A stretch of DNA of 64,000 nt from Octopus sinensis (Eukaryota), in contig NC_043012.1 in the NCBI RefSeq assembly GCF_006345805.1, positions 35,464,001 through 35,528,000 on the forward strand. The letters are read 5' to 3'. How positions within the stretch are numbered: the first letter of the stretch is position 1; the number at the start of each line of letters is the position of its first letter. This document shows positions 11,712-26,700 of the stretch, piece after piece. Made by a program: the position numbers and the translations under genes. The notes below the pieces were generated by a model, which saw nothing but the letters and a program-made list of their open reading frames with translations, did not search any database and was not told the DNA's origin.

Positions 11712-14700
11712 GTTTCCATGGTGTCTGTGTGTTTACCGATATGGATTTGTGTTTGCATGGGCCTTTTATGCATTTTCCTTTCCTTTGTTGAGGCTTCAAC
11801 ATCTGCTGGAGTCCTTGGATATGTTGTTGTGAAATATGGCATGCCTTGGTTATTTAAACTTGGCAGAGGTTTAACCCTCTCCGGATCTAAGCACAATCGG
11901 GTTACCTCCACAGAAAGAGTGAGAAAGTCAAAAGGGAAGAGGAATCAACCCCAGTTCATGACTGGTATTTTATTGACTCTAAAGAGAAGAAAAGCAAAAT
12001 TGGCATCAGCCTGAGTACATATTTCAACCTCAAAGATTTCAAAGCTTTGATGTCCATCCAACTATTTCTGTTAATATATGGTGCCATGCTAGAAACAACA
12101 GCCATGTCATTTCGTTGCATTCCTTCTTTTTGTCTTATATTATCACATGATTAAGCCAGACCAGTTGACACCTCTCACTCTCTACATCTTCTCATATTTT
12201 GGTGTAATATATATATAACTTTTGTTTTATCCCCATCTGACTTAACTCAGGGAGTTAAGTCAATATTGGAGGTAATGCGGTAATCCAAAAACCTAGTTTT
12301 CAACGATGCAACAATGATTATTTGTCATTTCATGTGTCCACTGTTGTTTAGGCTACACTTACGAGAGACTTGATGGTTCCACACGAGGAGATGAACGCTT
12401 TCTTGCCGTCCAGAACTTCAATCGTGATGAAGGGACCTTCATATTTCTGTTGAGCACCCGTGCAGGTGAGTCTTAAGTCCTGACCTTTTTTTGCCTTCGT
12501 AACTCTCCCCATCATCATCATCAACATCCATCCTTCATGCTGGCATTGGTTGGGCAGTTTGACAGGATCCGATGGCTCCAAAGACTGCATCAGGCTCCAA
12601 TGTCTACCTTAGCATGGTTCCAATGGTTTAATGTCCTTCCTAATGCCAACCATTTCACAGCATGTACTAGGTGCTTTTCTTTTTTGTGTCACTGGTACTA
12701 GTGGAGTGACCATGTGGCTCACAAGACTATGACCCCCATGGTGGAGTGGGGTCTGCTTTATGCTAGGAGATGGGTTAAAGTAAGACAGGAGAGGCAGGGT
12801 ACAGAGCAGGTTCTTGTGAAGGTGTTACATGGTTACATTTAGAAAAAGCAGGGAGAAAATGATCTGGTGTTGGTGCAATGGGATAAATATAGATAGTGGT
12901 GATAAGGTACCCAAATAGCCCCTCAAGATATGAGGTGGATACAAAGGACAAAGGAACTAGGAGCATGGGTGGGGGAACATATGCAAGAGTGTAAGGGGTC
13001 TGGGTAAGAAATAGGTGTATAAGGGGTGGGAATGACCAGTGACCCCTAGAATTTAACCAAACTCTCCAACCTTAGTTTGCAGCTTCTAACATTCACCCAT
13101 TCATAAAACGTGTTAGTGTATATCTCATGATGGGGGATATTCCTGGACAATACCCTATACCTTGCATAGGGTATCTCCTCTCACTTGGTACATGTCAGTA
13201 TGGTTAAAACAAGCTGGTATTTCTAGGATGACCTTTTCCATTTTTGTCTTACTTGTTAGTAATTAGATTGGGGTGACTTTTGATTATAAAATCTGAAGAA
13301 GTGTTTAGTGGAAGGAAATTTGGTGCCCCACATGGAATTATAAAGACAGTTACGGGAGACAGGATGACTGCGAGATGTTGACCATGTCATTTATTACAAG
13401 ATGGGGCACAAAACGAGCTAAGAAAGTGGAGAGACATTAAAAAACAATTTCATGTCATCAGTTTAATGACCACTTTTCCATGGTTGCATGGATCGGAGAG
13501 AATTTCATTGAGGCAGATTTTCTTCAGCAGGGTGCCCTCGCTGTCATCAATCCTCACCTGTTTCCAAACAAGGTGATATTTCCCCCATGGCTGGATGTGT
13601 TTCTATGGATGATTGGACATGAAGGGCACTGCTTTCACAGTGGTGATATTTCTTTATAAGTGTCATGTGATGTCAAGACAAGGAGACGCGTGCACACACA
13701 CACACACAATGGCTCCTGTCAGTTTCTCTCAGCCAAATCCACTGACTTAACTTTGATCAGTTTGAGTCTGTAGTCGAAGGCACCACACACTAGGACTGAA
13801 CCTGAAACCATGTGGTTGGAAGTGAACTCCTTAACCCCACAGCCATACCTGTCCCATGTTAGTGTAGATATATGCTGTGTGCGATGGCCGATGAGGGCTC
13901 AGTGGCGAAGGACCCTAAATGGACAATGTAAGGGTGTAGAGATGTATGCCACAACTACCACATCAACATCTGTTTCTAAGAGCAGGGGTAGATAAGGATG
14001 AACTCTGGACCCAGGATGGGTGTGCTGTTGTTGTTAAGGGTGGGGAGAGAGGGGAAGATGAATGACACACTGGGGTGGGGGTGGGGGGTTCTGAATTTCA
14101 TTTCAGTTGACATTAAATGAAAAATGTCTTGAAGAAGGAGATGCGGGGGAGTTTGTAGTGAGGTTGGCTCTTGGGATGTAAGGGGTGGGGTGTTACAACA
14201 GAGATGATTCAGGATCGAGACAAGCGGTTGGTTGGACTGTTGCTCCATTGAAGAAATTAGGGCACTAAAGCATTGGTCGGAGATGGGTGTGCTGATGGAC
14301 GGGGTCAGTAGTGGTGGTAATGATGTTCGATGGCAGGGGAGGTGGGGAAGTAGATGTGGGTGAGAGAGGTAATAGGTTGCAGCAAAGATGATGGGGAGTG
14401 TGTGGGGTTTGGGGGCAGGAGAGATGCACAGTGCCAGGGACAAAGTGAGGTGCATAAGGGTGGAAACAAAGTGAGATGAACAGAGGTAATGGTGGGTAGG
14501 GCTGCTGTTGGCAAAATGATGGGGGGGGTGTACTGGAGAAAGGGGGGATGAAAGGGGCATTCAGTGAATGCTGTATGCAAAATAAAATTTCTTAGAACGT
14601 AGCTCCACATTGAGAACCCTTTGCTGTTGTTGTTGTTACTAACACACATAAGTATTACTGTAGCATTTACAATATCAAAATTGTTGTAGTTTAAATATTG

Positions 14701-17700
14701 CTGATGATGGTAATGGTATTGTTGTTGTTACTGTTGTGACCATTCTCTCCAACCAGGTGGTCAAGGACTAAACCTGACAGCAGCTGATACTGTGATATTT
14801 GTTGATAGTGACCTCAACCCACAGATGGACCTCCAGGCTGTGGCCAGGTCACACCGTTTTGGTCAATCTCGGTATGTTACTAATCTCTCACTATTCATGT
14901 CTTTCCTGCCATCTCTCATTCATTTTCATTGATATCTTCTTTCTCTCTCTTTCCCTCCCCCTCCCCCCATCTCTCTCTCTCTATATATATATATATCACC
15001 TTGATCGCCTTGACCGACCAGGCTATCAGATGTTGCTACATATCGCTGGTCACAATGCGCTTTGCATTGTTTTAGCCATCAAATGACGCCACCCCGCTGG
15101 CTAAGGAAGCAGGCCAACAGAAGAGAGAGTGAGAGAAAGTTGTGGTGAAAGAGTACAGCAGGGATTGCCACCAACCCCTGCTGGAGCCTCATGGAGCTTT
15201 TTTAGGTGTTTTCGCTCAATAAACACTCACAACGCCCGGTCTGGGAATCGAAACCGCGATCCTCCGACTGCGAGTCTGCTGCCCTAACCACTGGGCCATT
15301 GCGCTTCCATATATATATAAAAAATTATTATTATAATTTGAAACCGTTTGATTTGGCTCAGTGCAATTTAATGTTTAGCAACTTTCTGACAGAAACCCAG
15401 TTCATTCATTCTCAGATTACTGAATGAAGAAACACAGCAAGTCCAAAATGGGCTGCTATTGGGTCACAGTGGGTCACATGGTATTGAAAGAGCCAGGTTT
15501 CTGTTAGAAGCCGGTGAAACTTCAAGTCACATTGAGCCGAATCTACTAATTTAAATAATAACATATGTAACTCCTATTAAATGTGTTGAATGCCTTTGAA
15601 GGGCACTGTCCATGGACTGATAACAGACGAACTGTAGACAGGAATTACACTGTGGGCTGACTAGTGAGCTGGTTTGCAGAGAAGGGACTTCTGGTTAGGT
15701 GGGAGAGGAGCCTGGGGATTCAGATGGCTGATCGGATTCACCCTCCCAGTGTGTCGCTGGTTGAAGCAAATTAAACAATACACTGACACACTTTGGTTTT
15801 GGATTATTCTTTATACCTTTTCCTTCTGTTTGTCCACTCACCTGTACATCCTTTTCCGTGCTTGCATGGGGCAGACAGAATTAGTTGGGGGCAGACTTCC
15901 CTATTGCTGGATGCTCTTCCTGTCATCAACACTAACCTGTTTCCAAATAAGGTAATATTTCTCCATGACCAGACATGTTTTTCATGACAGACTAGAAACA
16001 TGTAGCATCCCTTATATAACAGCCATGTGTGTCTACAACCATCACATCATGTCCAGACCAGGTTACATGCAGACACACACACACACATTACGATGGACTT
16101 CTTTCAGTTTCTGCTTACCAAATCCACTGAGAACACTTTGGTTGGCCTGCAGCTATAGTAGAAGACACCCAAGGTGATGCACAGAGGGACGGAACTCAAA
16201 ACCACATGGTTGGGGAACAAACTTCTTAACCACTCTGCCACTCTTCTGCTTATCTATTTGTCTATATGCATGTTTGTGTGTGTGTGGTGCCTGTTTTGTT
16301 TCCATTTCCCCTTTTCTGCAAGTCACGTTCTACAAGCAGAGTCGTTGTCGTCGCTTCTCCTGTCAACAATTCGTCTGTTTGTCTCATGTTTTTGAACAGA
16401 TATGAAATAAGAGACATGTTCTTATCTAACAATGCATCGATGATGCAAAGCTAACAATACACACACACACACACACATCTGTAATTTTGCTTGTTGTAAG
16501 GGCCGACTAAGAGATGGCGTCACGAAGAACCTCCAGCCATGAAACACTGCCTCAAAAAATCCCAACCAACTTATGACAGCATAGAAAACGATTATGATGA
16601 GGATGCTGATGTTGCAATTAAACCGTTGCCGCCATTAAGAATCGCTTGTAAATACTCATGCCTGCCTGAGTTATCTCCCTTTAAACTAAAGGCCTAAATG
16701 ACTTGAGTTTTTCTTGAGATCGGTGAAATGCAAAGTGGTGCTGGGGTTGGTGTATTTGATTATAAATAACCACCTTGGTAGAATGTAGTGTTCCAGCATG
16801 GCCACGGCCAACTGACTGAAATCATTAAAAAAAAAAAAGGAGAGTGACGGATAAGGTCAGGGTTGGGGGTTGATGTTCAATATCAGATGGTTTTCAATAA
16901 TGGTATGGAACGATATTGAGAATGTGAGGCAGGTGCCATGGGGAGGTGACTCCGAGGAGAAGGGAAACTGATGGCACAGAAGTGTTGGGGATGAAATATG
17001 TGGAGATGGAAGAGTGAGTGCTAGGAAGATGGGTTATGGGGGGGGGGGTCTGGCTTAAATGCAGAGCCTTACACAGACTGCTGATGACTGGATGCCCTTC
17101 CTAATGCCAACCACTCGAGGGTAAATGTGTGCTTTTACATGCCACCAGCACAGGAGCCATTTGCATGATGCTGGTGTATATACTCTATAAGGCGGTGAGC
17201 TGGCAGAGACGTTAGCATACTCAGCGGTATTTTGTCTGCCGCTATGTTATGAGTTCAAATTCTGCTGAGGTCGACTTTGCTTTTCATCCCTTCGGGGTCG
17301 ATTAAATAAGTACCAGTTATGCACTGGGATCGATGTAATCGACTTAATCCGTTTGTCTGTCCTTGTTTGTCCCCTCTGTGTTTAGTCCCTTGTGGGTAGT
17401 AAAGAAATAGGTATATATACTCTACTCACCACCACCACTGTATATATCTCCCTGTCTCTCTCTCTCTTCCATATCTACTTGCTCCCACATCTCCATCTCT
17501 CTCTCTCACCTCTACTCACCACCACTATATATATATATATATATCCCTATCTCTTTCTCTCTCCCAGTTCCCCCTCTCAACCATATACTTATATACCTGT
17601 CTGGTTGACTCTCTCTCTCTGTTTTTCACCTGTTAACCAGCCCAGTGAAAATTATACGCCTCATCGGTGCTGACACAGTTGAAGACATCATCTTCCAACG

Positions 17701-20700
17701 AAGTGCAGTGAAACTGAAATTAACCAAGCGTGTCATTGAGGACGGAAACTTTTCATTGAAAACTCAGAAAGCTTCACAGATTTCTTCCATCACTGACGAT
17801 AAAGTCAAGGTAAGGGCCTCTGGTCAAAGGGTTTGTATTTTAAAATACATTCTTAAAAGGACCTTTCCTTGGTTAACCCTTTTTGATGTCAACCCCCTTG
17901 GGACCTCCCCCCCTGCTTCTGTGATTCAAACTTTCTTTTAAAGGGATCAAAATTCAGCCTTCCATCAATATTCTGTCTAAATTTAAGGGTCCAAACCCCA
18001 GCTTAATTATGACTAAGTTATTTTACTAAATTCTTCAGGTGCAGGAATGGCAGTGTGGTTAAGAGGCCCCTTTTTTCAACCATGTGGTTTTGGGTTCAGT
18101 CCCAACACATGGCACATTGGGCTTGTCTCTTCTGCTAACCACCCTGGGCTTGGCTAATGCCTTCTCAGTGAATTTGGCCGACAAAATTTGTGTAGAAGTC
18201 CTTCATGGGTGTGTGCCTTTATGTTGGTATTTCTTCTTCCACTGTTTCGTATTCGGTGTTGGTTTGTTTATGTCTCTGTGACTTAGCAGTTTGGCAGAAA
18301 AAAAAAAAGACTTAGAATATGTCCCAGGTTAAAAATAAGTCCTGGGGTCGATTTGTTCAACCCTTTGAGGTGGTGCTCCAGCATGGCTGCTGTCTAAAAA
18401 GCTGAAACAAGTAAAAGAATTAAGAGATCATTTTCAAAATTAATTAAAATAAAAGCAGAATATTCTAACAGAATTCTGGGAAACAAAAGGTCTAAGATAA
18501 AAAGATGGTATTTGAGGGAGATTCAGATGCTTCTTTCTAATATGTCTAGAAAATAGAGAAGCCTTCTCATTGGCTCATATTTAGTACATAATATATAGCT
18601 TATTAGTGTTGTTTAACCCTAGGTCAAGCCTGATCCAACCGATGAGAGATGTTACAACTGTTAGAGCGGCTAACTGGCTTCTGTGCTGGTGGCATGTAAG
18701 AGGCACCATTCAAGCGTGATTGTTACCAGCATCGCCTTACTGGCACCTGTGCCGTTGGCATGTGTAAAATGATTCGAGCGAGGTCGTTGCCAGTACCGCC
18801 TGACTGGCCCCCGTGCCGGTGGCATGTAAAAGCACCCCCTACACTCTCGGAGTGGTTGGCATTAGGAAGGGCATCCAGCTGTAGAAACTCTGCCAGATCA
18901 AGACTGGAGCCTGGTGCAACCATCTGGTTCGCCAGCCCTTAGTCAAATTGTCCAACCCATGCTAGCATGGAAAGCAGACGTTAAACGATGTTGATATATT
19001 ATTCACTGTGTCCTTCCTTTTATAAAGCACTGCGTTTAGCTGATATTTCTAGCAGTTTGTATGATTGCCTAGAGGCTTTTTCATTAATTCATCTGTTCTG
19101 TTTAAGGGGTGGCAGTAGCCTGGGCTTGGTGGTGGGTTTGATGATGATGATGATGGTGATAATGTTGATGATGATGTTTGTGTTTCATTTTGCAGCTGCA
19201 AGATATTCTGAAGTTTGGGGTTGACAAACTGCTGCAGAACCCTTCTGGGGACACTCCCTTGTCCATTGACTTCACTGCTGTATTGGGCAGCTCGGACGAC
19301 AATCAGTGGACAGTAAGTGACCAAGAAGAAGCAACAGATTTGGTGGGACAGCAGGTAAGTGACCAGTGTGTTACTGTAGTCTTAGTTGGAGATGACAATT
19401 ATGATGATGGGTACTGTTTGGTACTGGGTCACTCTATTTGAACATTTGGTCACCCTATCTGAATTTAGGGTTTCCATATTTGCATATTACTGAAGATGAC
19501 TTTAGAACCTCCACACCACCCTGAAACTTGCCACTTTTCAAAGCAAACATGAAATGATCATGATTTTTGAATACAGGGTTAATCTGTCTGAATTGTGGGT
19601 TGCTATGTCCAGTTGGGCATACACCTGGGCATCAGTGGGTTACCATAATTGACTCTGAATCTTTGTATGACTGTGTAATCACGAAAGACGTGTGTATGAC
19701 AGCAGGTAACATGCCTATCTAACGAGGTAACATGCCTATCTCCAGCAATCCATCATATACGACCAAATTTTACCTTTCCTCAACTCACAATGTGGTTGTA
19801 TGGTCAGTTATATCACAGACCAATGGCCTACCAAATGCTCAATGTATGGCCATAGCTGTATTGTAGTGTAATTAGATATAGCATTATATCACTGTATGAC
19901 CATATCTGGTTGTGACTTATATGTGATTTAACCCTTTCGTTACTATATTTCTGACCAAATTACACCCCTTATGTGTTTCAATTAATTTCTAACGTAATCA
20001 TAAATTTAGTCTGGTTTCATTAAACAACTATAACTTTTTTATTTATCGATATATTAATCTGATTTTTGGAAGATAATTTAATGAAATATTCTCAACCAAT
20101 TCTATACTATAATTTTTGTCACTAAGTGACTCTAATTGCAGGTAGATACAGGTAAATTCAACAAAATATAAAATTATTAAAATTTTGTTCAAACATCGCT
20201 ATAGAAAATGGGTTATTAGCTAATATTCAATTGGGTATACAACAAAATTTTACGATAGAATTTGTTATTCTGGGTAACTTTCTGATACCCATAATAATAT
20301 TTATGGCAAAATAGTCTTAATTTCATTTAAGGTTTGGTTGGAAACCACAAACTATCCTTTCTTTCGCTTTGTTTACGTTTAGCGTAACGGTTCGTTTTCG
20401 CCGTAATGATTTCAAATAGGCTCATTCGAAGAAGTAAAAAGAAATAGTCTAAGGCTTTACTCCTCTGGGAAAGTCTGTGGCTTGGTCCAGTTTCTTCAGA
20501 AAAATCACCGAAAGAAACAGTTTTTAAATTTTCACTCCATTCAGGTGCCAATTCGTTTTCTTTATCGCTGTCGGAGCTCTAAGATTCAGTTTTCACTTTC
20601 GGAAAATGAAACATCAGATTCATTATCAAATACCACATGCTTTTTTTTTTCAGTCATAGAGTTAGATTTATGAAGGTCTTCAGTAGAAAATCCTTCGAAT

Positions 20701-23700
20701 TCTGACTCGCTGCTTGATATAATGAAATTCGTATCCATTTTTTGTCAGAATTACAAATTTTGAAAACACAAAAGGAACAAATTTCGGAAAAAAATCTCCC
20801 AAAATTCACGGAATTAAAATTACACTTCGATTATTGTACAAAACTGTAGTTGAACTGTTTACGAAGTATAATACGTGTTTTCACGAATGTACTAAAGAGA
20901 TTTGCTCTGATATTCTCATTTAAATATGAATAGGTAAATTCGGGCGGTTTGGTCACATTAACCAAAATTTTTTTCGGGCGGCTTTGGGCGGTTTGGTAAC
21001 GAAAGGGTTAACCATATATGGTTATGATGCATTGTACATCACTGTATGACCATATTTGGTTGTGACTTATATGTGATTTAACCATATATGGTTATGATGC
21101 ATTGCACATCACTGTATGACCATATTTGGTTGTGACTTATATGTGATTTAACCATATATGGTTATGATGCATTGCACATCACTATGACCATATTTGGTTG
21201 TGACTTATATGTGATTTAACCATATATGGTTATGATGCATTGCACATCACTGTATGACCATATTTGGTTGTGACTTATATGTGATTTAACCATATATGGT
21301 TATGATGCATTGCACATCACTGTATGACCATATTTGGTTGTGACTTATATGTGATTTAACCATATATGGTTATGATGCATTGCACATCACTGTATGACCA
21401 TATTTGGTTGTGACTTATATGTGATTTAACCATATATGGTTATGATGCATTGCACATCACTGTATGACCATATTTGGTTGTGACTTATATGTGATTTAAC
21501 CTTATATGGTTATGATGCATTGCACATCACTGTATGACCATATTTGGTAAAGCTGTATTACAGTATTTCACTGTGTGGCCATATTTGCTTGTGATGTATT
21601 GCAACATCATATGGCAATATAAACTTGTGTCAGTATGCCCATATATGGTAAAATTCACGCACACACACACACCTCTACCTTCCCCTCTATATACCATTGT
21701 TGTTGCTCTTTTCTGTCAGTGTTTCAAAACCAATGATGACGCAGAAGATCAACCATCCACGATTTACCAATTTGAAGGTTTGGACTATTCTAAAGCGCCG
21801 TCCTCAGCTGATCTTGATGCCTTTGACACACTCGGAGAAGGTAAGTCGAAACGGTTTCAATTCTCAGATTGTCTTTGTCTTTCATTATTTTTGTCTTTTC
21901 TTTCTACCAATCCTTTGTCTTCAAAATTTCTCCCTCTGGAACTCCTTACAGTCTCGAATAGGCTTGTATATAGGGGAGTGGTAGAAATGATGTAGGCATG
22001 GACCCCTCCTCCTCTTCAACCTAAATAGTCATAAATTATGTTAATGATGTAAGATTTGTAACATTGAAACAAGCAACTAATTTGACATCAAATTCGAGAA
22101 ACCCTTTAAATGGTTGATTAACATGCTAGAAACAACAGCCAAAAATCTCCCTCAAATTACATCCCACCATTCCATTTTAAAAGACTTTAAAGAAATATGA
22201 GATGATGATATGGGAGGTTAAATCATGTTGTTGCAGAATGTATACCTGCTTTAGTAGTTGTGATGGGAGTGGTAATAAGGACATGTGCAGGGTGTAGTGT
22301 GGAGAACAGAGCATTGTGCAAACAGGGTGGTGCATATGGGGGGCAGTGCAGAGCACAGTATATTGCAGTGGAAATGATTCTTTGCCTGTAACCCTTGCAG
22401 TTCCTTCCAGACCAGTTTTTGTCACACAGCGTCCTTACTATATTTGTATGTCTACACACACACATACACACGTGTGTGTGTGTGTTACTTTGTAGCCTAA
22501 CTCGGTACTAAAAAGTTTCTGTTCCCTGTGTTTATGTTGTGTAGAAACACCAGAAATTGAGGTTGGTAAAAGAAGAAATGTCTCTGAGGCGATGCCATCC
22601 ACTTCTCGTACCAAACTGACTCCAGAACAAATTGAAGAACGAGAAAAGAAGGTGAGGAACTCTGGAATTTTTCTGAATTATATTTCGATGTGGATGGCAG
22701 AACTGGAAGGACTTGTCTTGTCGTATGATGTTATGTCCTGTAATGTTCTCAGTTCAAATCATCTTTGGATCCTGTTTACCTTTTACCTTTCTGACACAAA
22801 TAAAATAAATAATCAGGGCCTGATAGAAATCATCTAAACCAATGTTCCTCAACCATTTTTCTGCTGTGGACCCTTCTGCTTCCTATTTTACTCAGCTGGA
22901 CCCTTATAGCCATTCAATGTTCAAAAAAAAATCCTTTTATATTTTTATGATGAAATATTCTTGGGAATAGTATAAAAAAAATTTTAATATACTGTGTATT
23001 GTAGAAATATGATCAGTTTATTGCAAATAAATTTTAACAACAAAATTTTATAGGGACCCCAGTTGAGAACCCCTGATCTAAACTAGTCTCTTACGCTAAA
23101 TTACATTGCTATTGTGTTACCTGTATGGCCTTTAAAAACTGTAGGGACAGTGTGTTGCATCATAGCAAGAAGGCATTGATAAAATGTTGCCAAAAAGATG
23201 GGTGAAAGTTGAAAATTTGTTTAAAGAATCCCTTTTTATGATGTCTCAGTGATTCTTGACAACCTTTGGAAAGGTTTCACATTACATGATCCCTGGTCTT
23301 CCTCCATCTTCTCCTTCCAGTTGGTGCCTTTCTCAATGCTGTTTCTGCATACTCATGCTTTTGTTTGCACTATTGTCATCAGCCAATCAGATTCTTCATT
23401 CCACGTCTTGGAGTCTTTGCAATGATTCTTCATTTTTGATATCTTCGTCAGTGTTTTAACGTCCACTTCTCCGTGCTTGCATGGGTCAGATGGAATTTGT
23501 TGCACCAGAGTGTCTATTGCTGGCTGCCTATTCTGTCACCAACCCTCACCTCTGTTTCCCAGCAAGGTGGTATTTCCTCATGGTTGGACATGTTTTTTAT
23601 GGACAATTGGAATGAAGGACATTACCTGTATGATGATGATGGTGATGATGATGCTCATTTCCAGCTGTCATGTGATGTCAAGACAAACAGACACAAACAC

Positions 23701-26700
23701 ACACATGGCCAAAAGTTTACAACATTCTTTTACAAAATCAAAATTCTTATGGCCAAGTTCAATTCAATTCAAATATATAAAATCTTAATATTTGGACATT
23801 TGGTATAAAAATTCTAATTTTTAAACCTACATTCCAATCTTTTGTCCTTGACTCTATATATAATGGACTCTATCCTATCCAGTGTCACAGCATGGAACTG
23901 AACTCAAAACCTTGTGGTTGGGAAGTAAGCTTCTTTACCACTCAGCCATGCCTGCACCTGACATGAAATCCTCAGGTTTTTTCCTTTAAGCACCTTTACA
24001 GAAAACGCATCCAATGTTCTGGTGACTTTTTACAGTTTTCCCCCCTATTCTGCTTGCAATAGTGCCATTGGTCATCTTGTGGTGTTGGACTGGTGACTCT
24101 TGGTGTTGATGTCCAGTGTATTCATGGACCAGATTTTGTACTTCCATAGAAATCCTGCCGTTGTCTTTGAGATTTTGTATCTGGCATCAATTTCAGCATC
24201 TCCATCATCGCAGAGAACACTGCCAAAGTGTACAAATCAACTCATGTCTTCATCAATCTGATTAATACAGACTAATCTGAGACTAAACAACAATAGGTTT
24301 TTGGTGTCGTCCCTTGCTCCCTCCCTACACATCTCTGGGTGTGTTTCAGATGTTATTGTTACACTCTAACTAATGTTGGTTCCATGTTCTTCCAAAATAG
24401 CGCAAGGAGACTTTAGAACGGAAACTGAAGGAACGAGAGGCCTTGGCCAGAAAAAGGGCTGCTGAGAAGGAAGAAAAGAAGTGAGTGACTTTTACATCGA
24501 GAGACTTTAGACTCAGTCATTGAATACTATACATGCATCCATGCACCATTTCACATCCACTTTTCCATGCTTGCATGGGTTGGATGGAGTTTAATGGGGC
24601 AGATTTTTCTATTGCAGAATGCCCTTCCTGTCACCAACCCTCACCTGTTTCCAAGCAACGTAATGTCCACCCCTTCCATGGACAAACATGTTTTTCATGG
24701 AAGAATGAAAATAAACAACCTTGCTTGTATGATTCTTGTTTACACCCATCACCAGATGTCTAGATCTTGTTTACAACCATCACCAGATGTCTAGACAAAG
24801 ACACACACACATATATATATACACACGACGGGCTTCTTTCAGTTCCCATCTACCAAATCCATTCAACATGCTTTGTAGAAGACTCTTGCCCAAAATTCCA
24901 TACAGTGGGATTGATCCCAAGACCGCATGGTTGAAAAGCAAGCTTCTTTACCACACAATCACACCTGTGCCTATATGTATATAGTGTTATTTAACACAAT
25001 ATGTCTATAAGAGATATTATTTCAGGCTGAATACTGCAGTTAATTTGGCTTTTCGTAATATATTTGCATTGAGTATGATACACAGGTGATAAATGAAAAG
25101 GAGTTGGTGACAGTGACATACCTGTGTACAATTAATATTATATATATATATGTACACAGGTATGTCATATTTTCTGTTGTCTTTTTATTTAATCCTGAAA
25201 ATATATATAAACACACACACACTCTATCATCATCATCATTTAACGTCCGTTCTCCATGCTAGCATGGGTTGGACAGTTCGACCAGGGTCTGGGAAGCCAG
25301 AAGGCTGCACCAGACTCCAATCTGATCTGGCAGTGTTTCTACAGTTGGATGCCCTTCCTAACGCCAACCACTCCGTGAGTGTAGTGGGTGCATTTTACGT
25401 GCCAGGGGAGGCTGGCAATGGCCACGATCGGTTGGTGCTTTTTACGTGCCACTGGCCATTGACTCTATGTATTATACATAGTAACTCACCAAAGCTGTGA
25501 GTAAAACCTTTGTCATTTCCATCTTCAGAGCAGTTTTAGTGTCACCTAGAGACCAGTGCTTCTCAAACTATCTGATGTGACCAACCAGCAGGTTTTTTTT
25601 TCTTCCAATGTACCAGGGACCAGTAATATTTCTTAGTAATATCAATTTATACCGGAAACAATATATATAATGAATATAATAAAAGTTGACAATTTTTCTG
25701 TCTTATATTTATTTTGTAAACAAATAAATACAAATATTACATCAGCATTTTATAAGCAATTTATTATGTTTCTTTCTTTTCTGGAAACTCACTGCAGACC
25801 AGCTCTGGTCTGCAGACCACCACTTTGAGTAGCACTGGCCAAGACAACATTTATGTACACTACATAGTTATTAGTTATGATGTGTGTGTGAACCTTAAAT
25901 GCTCATTAAAATAATTATATTTATTGACTAATATTGACCTTTCCATACTAGGTAATTATTTCTAATTACATTTCTAATGAGTTCTGTGTAAAAAACTTCA
26001 AAATTAACGACTTAACTATTGTTTTTCATGAGGATGGCACCTCTGGGTACTTTTCTCAAAGCGATTTCTATTTTGTTTCCAGGGCTGCTCTGTGGAAAGA
26101 AAATGGTTATGTTTCATGTAAACTGACATCAGATGGCTCTGAAGAAGACAGTGATGAGGAAGACAACTCTATAGACCCTGTGGACATTTCCTATGTGAGA
26201 GGGGACGTGACACGTCCTGTGTCCGTGCCACAGACTGACCAAAGCTTTGTCATCCATTGTATTGGTAAGCTATTGATCTCTATCTGTTTTTTGTGACCCT
26301 GTGAGGAAAGATGAGGGGAGGTGGCTTATAAAAGAGGTTTTGGCTTTCTTGATGTCCTCCATGGTTATTAGTGAGACGCAAATAAGGTGAAGAGGTGTAG
26401 TGGCTCTTAAAGGGAGTGGACTAATAACCTCATGGTTGTGAGTTCAAATCTTACCTTGGCTGCCTCCTCCTGATTGCTTCACTGGACAAATAATACATGC
26501 TTCCTTGCTTGCTTGATGGCGCTGGGGTCATGGCCAGGTTAATTGTCCCAGAGGATGCCAGCCACTCTGCATCCTCCAGGATGACATTGAGCCCCTGGAG
26601 ATCTTGCTTAATCGCTTCCAACCCCTGCTGTGTCAAATGAGAGTAAGGCTCTGTTAGGATAATCTAACAGGAGGTGGAGGACATGTTCGTGCCAGCATAT

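Noticed and set aside
13976-14560. Longest ORF in the track (194 aa, minus strand)
   Set aside because: P/S/H/T/L-rich product of a purine-skewed intronic tract with no recognisable domain. It may be an old retroelement remnant, but I cannot support a call.
21012-21547. Regular repeat array that could be mistaken for CRISPR
   Set aside because: Units are head-to-tail with no unique spacers, there are no cas genes, and the context is a eukaryotic intron. It is a minisatellite.
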